From Nemertoderma westbladi (lineage: Eukaryota; Animalia; Xenacoelomorpha): a stretch of 64,000 nucleotides of DNA. The notes under the pieces were generated by a model. That model saw only the letters and a list, made by a program, of their open reading frames with translations. It was not told the origin of the DNA and made no database searches. Of the stretch, positions 1 to 13,200 are shown one piece after another (the first letter of the stretch is position 1; each line of letters begins with the position of its first letter). Both the position numbers and the translations under genes were made by a program. The DNA lies in NCBI GenBank assembly GCA_032718475.1, contig JAUCBJ010008347.1:1-64000 (forward strand), given 5' to 3'.

Positions 1-217
1 CCCGTCGTCTAGTTGTCGGCGGAGCAACTGTTGGAGAATCCCGTCGTCGAGTAGTCGGCGGAGCAACCGTTGGAGAATCTCGTCGTCGAGTAGTCGGCGG
101 AGCAACTGTTGGAGAATCCCGTCGTCGAGTAGTCGGCGGAGCAACCGTCAGAGAATCCCGTCGTCGAGTAGTCGGCGGAGCAACCGTCAGAGAATCACGT
201 CGTCGAGTAGTCGGCGG
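1..217. repeat. 39-bp GC-rich tandem repeat (~5.5 copies, runs off window edge), internal to the LTR element at left
   Basis: Unit CCCGTCGTCGAGTAGTCGGCGGAGCAACCGTTGGAGAAT recurs at 1, 40, 79, 118, 157 and 196. Confidence 0.95.
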
Positions 218-627
218 CCCTGAAATTGATCGGTTCAAGGATCCCAGTTGCCGTCGCGATCCGTGTAACGAGGGCGAGAGAGAACTACGACGCAACTTTG
301 AAACAGCTCCCGATGACTTGTAGAGGTACGAATGTTCGTCCGTGCTGTCTGGATGAGGAGAACCAGAAGCGGAACGCAGTTTCTGCCGATAGGAAGGCTT
401 ACCCGTGGGAAAGTTAACGCTTCCAGCTTGTTTGCGCTCGGGTCGACGCGCAGGCATACAGTGGAATAATCGTCAGAGACCCGCCACCCACAGTCTGACT
501 GCCTGATGCAGTGATGGGTACGGTAGTTGGTCGTGGTAGCGATAGCGTCGTAGGCCAGACAGAGTTAGAGTACCTGTTGCCGGTAGCGGGTAGCGCGGTA
601 GGCCTGTCAGACTGTCAGTTTATCTAC

Positions 628-644
628 TCCCGGACAAGCCCCCA
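628..644 (-). promoter_or_regulatory. Primer-binding site complementary to tRNA-Pro 3' end
   Basis: Minus strand reads TGGGGGCTTGTCCGGGA, one mismatch from the canonical tRNA-Pro PBS TGGGGGCTCGTCCGGGA, and directly follows an ...CCACA LTR end. Confidence 0.85.
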
Positions 645-1053
645 TGTGGAAGCGCTATCGGCGCCCGGTCCCGGATCCACGGCCACGCACTATCCCGCTC
701 GAGGGGTGAGCTGGAGAAGACTGAAGTGAAACTAGCTGCAGTATATCAGTATATTGTGTATCGAGATACATGAATAACAAATAATGATATGATACAATCA
801 GACAATGAAACTAATAATGAACTACCTACAAAACATGACTGACAACCCTACACCGGTAAGTCATCTCAATAACTAAACTGAATGATAACTACTGACTGCG
901 CCCTGCCCCCAGGACTATATCCGTGACAGCTACCGTACAACCAGCTGTTCACACCCTAGGTGCTAACAAGATACTACTATATTATACCTACTTAACCTAT
1001 ACAATACATACTAATCAGTCCAATTATACACCATCCCATAATACAATATCACA
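645..1053 (-). mobile_element. 5' LTR (~409 bp) of an LTR retrotransposon extending leftwards out of the window; superfamily undetermined
   Basis: Minus strand runs TGTGATATT...TTCCACA (TG...CA termini) and abuts the tRNA-Pro PBS. The partner LTR is not in the window, so the outer boundary is inferred. Confidence 0.7.
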
Positions 1054-1227
1054 TGAGTTAGTGGTACCTGTATGCTAAGCTCGCTTACTTTCGTCGCTCG
1101 CCCCACATAGGATCACTTAGCAACATTCATTATTATTCAAAACAAGATGTTCTTCTACTTTACAACCCCACAGACAATTTATATTTACAAACAAACACCT
1201 ACCAAAACAAAATTTACAAAGAATGAG

Positions 1228-4200
1228 ATAGTTTCGACAGTCCTGCATGTACAGCCTGAAATAGTTTCGACAGACCTCCTTGTATAACCTGTAACAGTTT
1301 CGACAGTCCGGAATGTACAACCAGTAATAGTTAAGACAGTCCTGCATGTACAACCTGTAATAGTTAAGACAGTCCTGCATGTACAACCAGTAATAGTTTC
1401 GACAGTCCTGCATGTACAACCTGAAATAGTTTCGACAGTCCTACATGTACAACCTGTAATAGTTTCGACAGTCCTGCATGTACAGCCTGTAATAGTTAAG
1501 ACAGTCCTGCATGTACAACCTGTAATAGTTAAGACAACAGTCCTGTATGTACAACCTGTAATAGTTTCGACAGTCCTGCATGTACAACCTGAAATAGTTT
1601 CGACAGTCCTACATGTACAACCTGTAATAGTTTCGACAGTCCTACATGTACAACCAGTAATAGTTAAGACAGTCCGGCATGTACAACCTGTAATAGTTAA
1701 TACAGTCCGGCATGTACAACCTGTAATAGTTTCGACAGTCCTGGATGTACAATCTGAAATAGTTTCGACAGTCCTGCATGTACAACCTGAAATAGTTTCG
1801 ACAGTCCTACATGTACAACCTGTAATAGTTTCGACAGGCCTGCAAGTACAGCCTGTAATAGTTTCGACAGTCCGGCATGTACAGCCTGTAATAGTTTCGA
1901 CAGTTCGGCATGTACAACCTGTAATAGTTAAGACAGTCCGGCATGTACAACCTGTAATAGTTTCGACAGTCCTGGATGTACAATCTGTAATAGTTTCGAC
2001 AGTCCTGGATGTACAGCCTGTAATAGTTTCGACAGTCCGGCATGTACAACCTGTAATAGTTAAGACAGTCCGGCATGTACAACCTGTAATAGTTTCGACA
2101 GTCCTGGATGTACAATCTGAAATAGTTTCGACAGTCCTGCATGTACAACCTGAAATAGTTTCGACAGTCCTACATGTACAACCTGTAATAGTTTCGACAG
2201 TCCTGCATGTACAGCCTGTAATAGTTAAGACAGTCCTGCATGTACAACCTGTAATAGTTAAGACAGTCCTGCATGTACAACCTGTAATAGTTTCGACAGT
2301 CCTGCATGTACAACCTGAAATAGTTTCGACAGTCCTACATGTACAACCTGTAACAGTTTCGACAGTCCTACATGTACAACCAGTAATAGTTAAGACAGTC
2401 CGGCATGTACAACCTGTAATAGTTAATACAGTCCGGCATGTACAACCTGTAATAGTTTCGACAGTCCTGGATGTACAATCTGAAATAGTTTCGACAGTCC
2501 TGCATGTACAACCTGAAATAGTTTCGACAGTCCTACATGTACAATCTGTAATAGTTTCGACAGTCCTGCATGTACAGCCTGTAATAGTTTCAACAGTCCT
2601 GCATGTACAACCTGTAATAGTTTCGACAGTCCGGCATGTACAACCAGTAATAGTTTCGACAGTCCGGCATGTACAACCAGTAATAGTTTCGACAGTCCTG
2701 GATGTACAACCAGTAATAGTTAAGAAAGTCCTGCATGTACAACCAGTAATAGTTTCGACAGTCCTGCATGTACAGCCTGTAATACAGTAGTTTCGACAGT
2801 CCTGCATGTACAACCTGTAATAGTTAAGACAGTCCTGCATGTACAACCAGTAATAGTTAAGAAAGTCCTGCATGTACAACCAGTAATAGTTTCGACAGTC
2901 CTGGATGTACAACCTGTAATAGTTTCGACAGTCCTGCATGTACAGCCTGTAATAGTTTCGACAGTCCTGCATGTACAACCTGTAATAGTTTCGACAGTCC
3001 TGCATGTACAACCTGTAATAGTTAAGACAGTCCTGCATGTACAACCAGTAATAGTTAAGAAAGTCCTGCATGTACAACCAGTAATAGTTTCGACAGTCCT
3101 GGATGTACAATCTGTAATAGTTTCGATAGTCCTGCATGTACAACCTGTAATAGTTAAGACAGTCCTGCATGTACAACCAGTAATAGTTAAGACAGTCCTG
3201 CATGTACAACCAGTAATAGTTAAGAAAGTTCTGCATGTACAACCAGTAATAGTTTCGACAGTCCTGGATGTAAAATCTGTAATAGTTTCGATAGTCCTGC
3301 ATGTACAACCTGTAATAGTTAAGACAGTCCTGCATGTACAACCTGTAATAGTTAAGACAGTCCTGCGTGTACAACCAGTAATAGTTAAGACAGTCCTGCA
3401 TGTACAACCATTAATAGTTAAGAAAGTCCTGGATGTACAACCTGTAATAGTTTTGACAGTCCTGCATGTACAGCCTGTAATACAGTAGTTTCGACAGTCC
3501 TGCATGTACAGCCTGTAATAGTTTCGACAGTCCTGCATGTACAACCTGTAATAGTTTCGACAGTCCTGCATGTACAACCTGTAATAGTTAAGCCAGTCCT
3601 GCATGTACAACCAGTAATAGTTAAGACAGTCCTGCATGTACAACCAGTAATAGTTAAGAAAGTTCTGCATGTACAACCAGTAATAGTTTCGACAGTCCTG
3701 GATGTAAAATCTGTAATAGTTTCGATAGTCCTGCATGTACAACCTGTAATAGTTAAGACAGTCCTGCATGTACAACCTGTAATAGTTAAGACAGTCCTGC
3801 GTGTACAACCAGTAATAGTTAAGACAGTCCTGCATGTACAACCATTAATAGTTAAGAAAGTCCTGCATGTACAACCAGTAATAGTTTCGACAGTCCTGGA
3901 TGTACAATCTGTAATAGTTTCGATAGTCCTGCATGTACAGCCTGTAATAGTTAAGACAGTCCTACATGTACAATCTGTAATAGTTAAGACAGTCCTGCAT
4001 GTACAACCAGTAATAGTTAAGAAAGTCCTGCATGTACAACCAGTAATAGTTTCGACAGTCCTGGATGTACAATCTGTAATAGTTTCGGTAGTCCTGCATG
4101 TACAACCTGTAATAGTTTCGACAGTCCGGCATGTACAACCTGTAATAGTTTCGACAGTCCTGGATGTACAATCTGTAATAGTTTCGACAGTCCTGCATGT

Positions 4201-7200
4201 ACAACCAGTAATAGTTAAGACAGTCCTGGATGTACAGCCTGTAATAGTTTCGACAGTCCTGCATGTACAACCTGTAATAGTTTCGACAGTCCTGCATGTA
4301 CAACCTGTAATAGTTTCGACAGTCCTGCATGTACAACCTGTAATAGTTTCGACAGTCCTGCATGTACAACCTGTAATAGTTAAGACAGTCCTGCATGTAC
4401 AACCAGTAATAGTTTCGACAGTCCGGCATGTACAACCAGTAATAGTTAAGAAAGTCCTGCATGTACAACCAGTAATAGTTTCGACAGTCCTGGATGTACA
4501 ACCAGTAATAGTTTCGACAGTCCTGCATGTACAACCAGTAATAGTTAAGAAAGTCCTGCATGTACAACCAGTAATAGTTTCGACAGTCCTGGATGTACAA
4601 TCTGTAATAGTTTCGATAGTCCTGCATGTACAGCCTGTAATAGTTTCGACAGTCCTGCATGTACAACCTGTAATAGTTAAGACAGTCCTGCATGTACAAC
4701 CAGTAATAGTTAAGAAAGTCCTGCATGTACAACCAGTAATAGTTTCGACAGTCCTGGATGTACAATCAGTAATAGTTTCGACAGTCCTGCATGTACAACC
4801 AGTAATAGTTAAGAAAGTCCTGCATGTACAACCAGTAATAATTTCGACAGTCCTGGATGTACAATCTGTAATAGTTTCGATAGTCCTGCATGTACAGCCT
4901 GTAATAGTTTCGAAAGTCCTGCATGTACAACCTGTAATAGTTTCGACAGTCCTGCATGTACAGCCTGTAATAGTTTCGACAGTCCTGCATGTTCAGCCTG
5001 TAATAGTTTCGACAGTCCTGCATGTACAACCTGTAATAGTTTCGACAGTCCTGCATGTACAACCTGTATCAGTTAAGACAGTCCTGCATGTACAACCAGT
5101 AATAGTTAAGAAAGTCCTGCATGTACAACCAGTAATAGTTTCGACAGTCCTGGATGTACAATCTGTAATAGTTTCGATAGTCCTGCATGTACAACCTGTA
5201 ATAGTTTCGACAGTCCGGCATGTACAACCTGTAATAGATTCGACAGTCTTGCATGTACAGCCTGTAATAGTTTCGACAGTCCTGCATGTACAACTTGTAA
5301 TAGTTTAGACAGTCCTGCATGTACAACCTGTAATAGTTTAGACAGTCCTGCATGTACAACCAGTAATAGTTTCGACAGTCCGGCATGTACAACCTGTAAT
5401 AGTTTAGACAGTCATGCATGTACAGCCTGTAATAGTTTCGACAGTCCTGCATGTACAACTTGTAATAGTTTAGACAGTCCTGCATGTACAATCTGTAATA
5501 GTTTCGACAGTCCTGCATGTACAACCAGTAATAGTTTAGACAGTCCTGCATGTACAACCTGTAGTAGTTTAGACAGTCATGCATGTACAACCAGTAATAG
5601 TTTCGACAGTCCGGCATGTACAACCTGTAATAGTTTAGACAGTCATGCATGTACAGCCTGTAATAGTTTCGACAGTCCTGCATGTACAACTTGTAATAGT
5701 TTAGACAGTCCTGCATGTACAACCTGTAATAGTTTAGACAGTCCTGCATGTACAACCAGTAATAGTTTCGACAGTCCGGCATGTACAACCTGTAATAGTT
5801 TAGACAGTCATGCATGTACAGCCTGTAATAGTTTCGACAGTCCTGCATGTACAACTTGTAATAGTTTAGACAGTCCTGCATGTACAATCTGTAATAGTTT
5901 CGACAGTCCTGCATGTACAACCAGTAATAGTTTCGACAGTCATGCATGTACAGCCTGTAATAGTTTCGACAGTCCTGCATGTACAACTTGTAATAGTTTA
6001 GACAGTCCTGCATGTACAACCTGTAATAGTTTAGACAGTCCTGCATGTACAACCAGTAATAGTTTCGACAGTCCGGCATGTACAACCTGTAATAGTTTAG
6101 ACAGTCATGCATGTACAGCCTGTAATAGTTTCGACAGTCCTGCATGTACAACTTGTAATAGTTTAGACAGTCCTGCATGTACAATCTGTAATAGTTTCGA
6201 CAGTCCTGCATGTACAATCTGTAATAGTTTCGACAGTCCTGCATGTACAATCTGTAATAGTTTCGACAGTCCTGCATGTACAATCTGTAATAGTTTCGAC
6301 AGTCCTGCATGTACAATCTGTAATAGTTTCGACAGTCCTACATGTACAACCAGTAATAGTTTCGACAGTCCGGCATGTACAATCTGTAATAGTTTCGACA
6401 GTCCTACATGTACAACCAGTAATAGTTTCGACAGTCCTGCATGTACAATCTGTAATAGTTTCGACAGTCCTGCATGTACAATCTGTAATAGTTTCGACAG
6501 TCCTGCATGTACAATCTGTAATAGTTTCTACAGTCCTACATGTACAACCAGTAATAGTTTCGACAGTCCGGCATGTACAACCTGTAATAGTTTAGACAGT
6601 CATGCATGTACAGCCTGTAATAGTTTCGACAGTCCTGCATGTACAACTTGTAATAGTTTAGACAGTCCTGCATGTACAATCTGTAATAGTTTCGACAGTC
6701 CTGCATGTACAACCTGTAATAGTTTCGACAGTCCTACATGAACAACCTGTAATAGTTTCGACAGTCCTGCATGTACAATCTGTAATAGTTTCGACAGTCC
6801 TGCATGTACAACCTGTAATAGTTTCGACAGTCCTACATGTACAACCTGTAATAGTTTCGACAGTCCTGCATGTACAATCTGTAATAGTTTCGACAGTCCT
6901 GCATGTACAACCTGTAATAGTTTCGACAGTCCTGCATGTACAACCTGTAATAGTTTCGATAGTCCGGCATGTACAACCTGTAGTAGTTTCGACAGTCCTG
7001 CATGTACAACCAGTAATAGTTTCGACAGTCCTGCATGTACAACCTGTAATAGTTTAGACAGTCCTGCATGTACAACCAGTAATAGTTTCGACAATCCTGC
7101 ATGTACGACCAGTAATAGTTTCGACAGTCCTACATGTACAATCTGTAATAGTTTCGACAGTCCTGCATGTACAACTTGTAATAGTTTAGACAGTCCTGCA

Positions 7201-10200
7201 TGTACAATCTGTAATAGTTTCGACAGTCCTGCATGTACAACTTATAATAGTTTAGACAGTCCTGCATGTACAACCTGTAATAGTTTCGACAGTCCTGCAT
7301 GTACAACTTGTAATAGTTTAGACAGTCCTGCATGTACAACCTGTAATAGTTTCGACAGTCCTGCATGTACAACCTGTAATAGTTTCGACAGTCCTGCATG
7401 TACAACTTGTAATAGTTTAGACAGTCCTGCATGTACAACCTGTAATAGTTTCGACAGTCCTGCATGTACAACTTGTAATAGTTTAGACAGTCCTGCATGT
7501 ACAATCTGTAATAGTTTCGACAGTCCGGCATGTACAACCTGTAATAGTTTCGATAGTCCGGCATGTACAACCAGTAATAGTTAAGACAGTCCTGGATGTA
7601 CAACCTGTAATAGTTTCGATAGTCCGGCATGTACAACCTGTAGTAGTTTCGACAGTCCTGCATGTACAATCTGTAATAGTTTCGACAGTCCGGCATGTAC
7701 AACCTGTAATAGTTTCGATAGTCCGGCATGTACAACCAGTAATAGTTTCGACAGTCCTGCATGTACAGCCTGTAATAGTTTCGACAGTCCTGGATGTACA
7801 ACCAGTAATAGTTTAGACAGTCCTGCATGTACGTACAACCTGTAATAGTTTCGACAGTCCTGCATGTACAGCTTGTAATAGTTTCGACAGTCCTACATGT
7901 ACAACCTGTAACAGTTTCGACAGTCCGGCATGTACAACCTGTAATAGTTTCGACAGTCCTACATGTACAACCTGTAATAGTTTCGACAGTCCTGCATGTA
8001 CAATCTGTAATAGTTTCGACAGTCCGGCATGTACAACCTGTAATAGTTTCGATAGTCCGGCATGTACAACCAGTAATAGTTTCGACAGTCCTGCATGTAC
8101 AGCCTGTAATAGTTTCGACAGTCCTGGATGTACAACCAGTAATAGTTTAGACAGTCCTGCATGTACGTACAACCTGTAATAGTTTCGACAGTCCTGCATG
8201 TACAGCTTGTAATAGTTTCGACAGTCCTACATGTACAACCTGTAATAGTTTCGACAGTCCTGCATGTACAATCTGTAATAGTTTCGACAGTCCGGCATGT
8301 ACAACCTGTAATAGTTTCGATAGTCCGGCATGTACAACCAGTAATAGTTTCGACAGTCCTGCATGTACAGCCTGCAATAGTTTCGACAGTCCGGCATGTA
8401 CAACCTGTAATAGTTTAGACAGTCCTGCATGTACGTACAACCTGTAATAGTTTCGACAGTCCTGCATGTACAGCTTGTAATAGTTTCGACAGTCCTACAT
8501 GTACAACCTGTAATAGTTTCGACAGTCCGGCATGTACAACCTGTAATAGTTTCGACAGTCCTGCATGTACAACCTGTAATAGTTTCGACAGTCCGGCATG
8601 TACAACCAGTAATAGTTAAGACAGTCCTGCATGTACAACCAGTAATAGTTAAGACAGTCCTGGATGTACAACCAGTAATAGTTAAGACAGTCCTGTATGT
8701 ACAACCAGTAATAGTTTCGACAGTCCTGCATGTACAACCTGTAATAGTTTCGACAGTCCGGCATGTACAACCTGTAATAGTTTCGACAGTCCTGCATGTA
8801 CAACCTGTAATAGTTTCGACAGTCCGGCATGTACAACCAGTAATAGTTAAGACAGTCCTGGATGTACAACCAGTAATAGTTAAGACAGTCCTGCATGTAC
8901 AACCTGTAATAGTTTCGACAGTCCTACATGTACAATCTGTAATAGTTTCGACAGTCCTACATGTACAACCTGTAATAGTTTCGAAAGTCCTGCATGTACA
9001 ACCTGTAATAGTTTAGACAGTCCTGCATGTACGTACAACCTGTAATAGTTTCGACAGTAATGCATGTACAGCTTGTAATAGTTTCGACAGTCCTACATGT
9101 ACAACCTGTAATAGTTAAGACAGTCCTGCATGTACAACCTGTAATAGTTTCGACAGTCCGGCATGTACAACCAGTAATAGTTAAGACAGTCCTGCATGTA
9201 CAACCAGTAATAGTTAAGACAGTCCTGGATGTACAACCAGTAATAGTTAAGACAGTCCTGCATGTACAACCAGTAATAGTTTCGACAGTCCTGCATGTAC
9301 AACCTGTAATAGTTTAGACAGTCCTGGATGTACAACCAGTAATAGTTTCGACAGTCCTGCATGTACAACCTGTAGTAGTTTCGACAGTCCGGCATGTACA
9401 ACCAGTAATAGTTAAGACAGTCCTGCATGTACAACCAGTAATAGTTTCGACAGTCCTGCATGTACAACCTGAAATAGTTTCGACAGTCCTACATGTACAA
9501 CCTGTAATAGTTTCGACAGGCCTGCAAGTACAGCCTGTAATAGTTTCGACAGTCCGGCATGTACAGCCTGTAATAGTTTCGACAGTTCGGCATGTACAAC
9601 CTGTAATAGTTAAGACAGTCCGGCATGTACAACCTGTAATAGTTTCGACAGTCCTGGATGTACAATCTGTAATAGTTTCGACAGTCCTGGATGTACAGCC
9701 TGTAATAGTTTCGACAGTCCGGCATGTACAACCTGTAATAGTTAAGACAGTCCGGCATGTACAACCTGTAATAGTTTCGACAGTCCTGGATGTACAATCT
9801 GAAATAGTTTCGACAGTCCTGCATGTACAACCTGAAATAGTTTCGACAGTCCTACATGTACAACCTGTAATAGTTTCGACAGTCCTGCATGTACAGCCTG
9901 TAATAGTTAAGACAGTCCTGCATGTACAACCTGTAATAGTTAAGACAGTCCTGCATGTACAACCTGTAATAGTTTCGACAGTCCTGCATGTACAACCTGA
10001 AATAGTTTCGACAGTCCTACATGTACAACCTGTAACAGTTTCGACAGTCCTACATGTACAACCAGTAATAGTTAAGACAGTCCGGCATGTACAACCTGTA
10101 ATAGTTAATACAGTCCGGCATGTACAACCTGTAATAGTTTCGACAGTCCTGGATGTACAATCTGAAATAGTTTCGACAGTCCTGCATGTACAACCTGAAA

Positions 10201-13200
10201 TAGTTTCGACAGTCCTACATGTACAATCTGTAATAGTTTCGACAGTCCTGCATGTACAGCCTGTAATAGTTTCAACAGTCCTGCATGTACAACCTGTAAT
10301 AGTTTCGACAGTCCGGCATGTACAACCAGTAATAGTTTCGACAGTCCGGCATGTACAACCAGTAATAGTTTCGACAGTCCTGGATGTACAACCAGTAATA
10401 GTTAAGAAAGTCCTGCATGTACAACCAGTAATAGTTTCGACAGTCCTGCATGTACAGCCTGTAATACAGTAGTTTCGACAGTCCTGCATGTACAACCTGT
10501 AATAGTTAAGACAGTCCTGCATGTACAACCAGTAATAGTTAAGAAAGTCCTGCATGTACAACCAGTAATAGTTTCGACAGTCCTGGATGTACAACCTGTA
10601 ATAGTTTCGACAGTCCTGCATGTACAGCCTGTAATAGTTTCGACAGTCCTGCATGTACAACCTGTAATAGTTTCGACAGTCCTGCATGTACAACCTGTAA
10701 TAGTTAAGACAGTCCTGCATGTACAACCAGTAATAGTTAAGAAAGTCCTGCATGTACAACCAGTAATAGTTTCGACAGTCCTGGATGTACAATCTGTAAT
10801 AGTTTCGATAGTCCTGCATGTACAACCTGTAATAGTTAAGACAGTCCTGCATGTACAACCAGTAATAGTTAAGACAGTCCTGCATGTACAACCAGTAATA
10901 GTTAAGAAAGTTCTGCATGTACAACCAGTAATAGTTAAGACAGTCCTGCATGTACAACCAGTAATAGTTAAGAAAGTTCTGCATGTACAACCAGTAATAG
11001 TTAAGACAGTCCTGCATGTACAACCTGTAATAGTTAAGACAGTCCTGCATGTACAACCAGTAATAGTTAAGACAGTCCTGCATGTACAACCAGTAATAGT
11101 TAAGAAAGTTCTGCATGTACAACCAGTAATAGTTAAGACAGTCCTGCATGTACAACCAGTAATAGTTAAGACAGTCCTGCATGTACAACCAGTAATAGTT
11201 AAGAAAGTTCTGCATGTACAACCAGTAATAGTTAAGACAGTCCGGCAGGTACAACCAGTAATAGTTAAGACAGTCCTACATGTACAACCAGTAATAGTTA
11301 AGACAGTCCTACATGTACAACCAGTAATAGTTAAGACAGTCCGGCATGTACAACCAGTAATAGTTTCGACAGTCCTGCATGTACAACCAGTAATAGTTTC
11401 GACAGTCCTGGATGTAAAATCTGTAATAGTTTCGATAGTCCTGCATGTACAACCTGTAATAGTTAAGACAGTCCTGCATGTACAACCTGTAATAGTTAAG
11501 ACAGTCCTGCGTGTACAACCAGTAATAGTTAAGACAGTCCTGCATGTACAACCATTAATAGTTAAGAAAGTCCTGGATGTACAACCTGTAATAGTTTTGA
11601 CAGTCCTGCATGTACAGCCTGTAATACAGTAGTTTCGACAGTCCTGCATGTACAGCCTGTAATAGTTTCGACAGTCCTGCATGTACAACCTGTAATAGTT
11701 TCGACAGTCCTGCATGTACAACCTGTAATAGTTAAGCCAGTCCTGCATGTACAACCAGTAATAGTTAAGAAAGTCCTGCATGTACAACCAGTAATAGTTT
11801 CGACAGTCCTGGATGTACAATCTGTAATAGTTTCGATAGTCCTGCATGTACAACCTGTAATAGTTAAGACAGTCCTGCATGTACAACCAGTCATAGTTAA
11901 GACAGTCCTGCATGTACAACCAGTAATAGTTAAGAAAGTTCTGCATGTACAACCAGTAATAGTTTCGACAGTCCTGGATGTAAAATCTGTAATAGTTTCG
12001 ATAGTCCTGCATGTACAACCTGTAATAGTTAAGACAGTCCTGCATGTACAACCTGTAATAGTTAAGACAGTCCTGCGTGTACAACCAGTAATAGTTAAGA
12101 CAGTCCTGCATGTACAACCATTAATAGTTAAGAAAGTCCTGCATGTACAACCAGTAATAGTTTCGACAGTCCTGGATGTACAATCTGTAATAGTTTCGAT
12201 AGTCCTGCATGTACAGCCTGTAATAGTTAAGACAGTCCTACATGTACAATCTGTAATAGTTAAGACAGTCCTGCATGTACAACCAGTAATAGTTAAGAAA
12301 GTCCTGCATGTACAACCAGTAATAGTTTCGACAGTCCTGGATGTACAATCTGTAATAGTTTCGGTAGTCCTGCATGTACAACCTGTAATAGTTTCGACAG
12401 TCCGGCATGTACAACCTGTAATAGTTTCGACAGTCCTGGATGTACAATCTGTAATAGTTTCGACAGTCCTGCATGTACAACCAGTAATAGTTAAGACAGT
12501 CCTGGATGTACAGCCTGTAATAGTTTCGACAGTCCTGCATGTACAACCTGTAATAGTTTCGACAGTCCTGCATGTACAACCTGTAATAGTTTCGACAGTC
12601 CTGCATGTACAACCTGTAATAGTTTCGACAGTCCTGCATGTACAACCTGTAATAGTTAAGACAGTCCTGCATGTACAACCAGTAATAGTTTCGACAGTCC
12701 GGCATGTACAACCAGTAATAGTTAAGAAAGTCCTGCATGTACAACCAGTAATAGTTTCGACAGTCCTGGATGTACAACCAGTAATAGTTTCGACAGTCCT
12801 GCATGTACAACCAGTAATAGTTAAGAAAGTCCTGCATGTACAACCAGTAATAGTTTCGACAGTCCTGGATGTACAATCTGTAATAGTTTCGATAGTCCTG
12901 CATGTACAGCCTGTAATAGTTTCGACAGTCCTGCATGTACAACCTGTAATAGTTAAGACAGTCCTGCATGTACAACCAGTAATAGTTAAGAAAGTCCTGC
13001 ATGTACAACCAGTAATAGTTTCGACAGTCCTGGATGTACAATCAGTAATAGTTTCGACAGTCCTGCATGTACAACCAGTAATAGTTAAGAAAGTCCTGCA
13101 TGTACAACCAGTAATAATTTCGACAGTCCTGGATGTACAATCTGTAATAGTTTCGATAGTCCTGCATGTACAGCCTGTAATAGTTTCGAAAGTCCTGCAT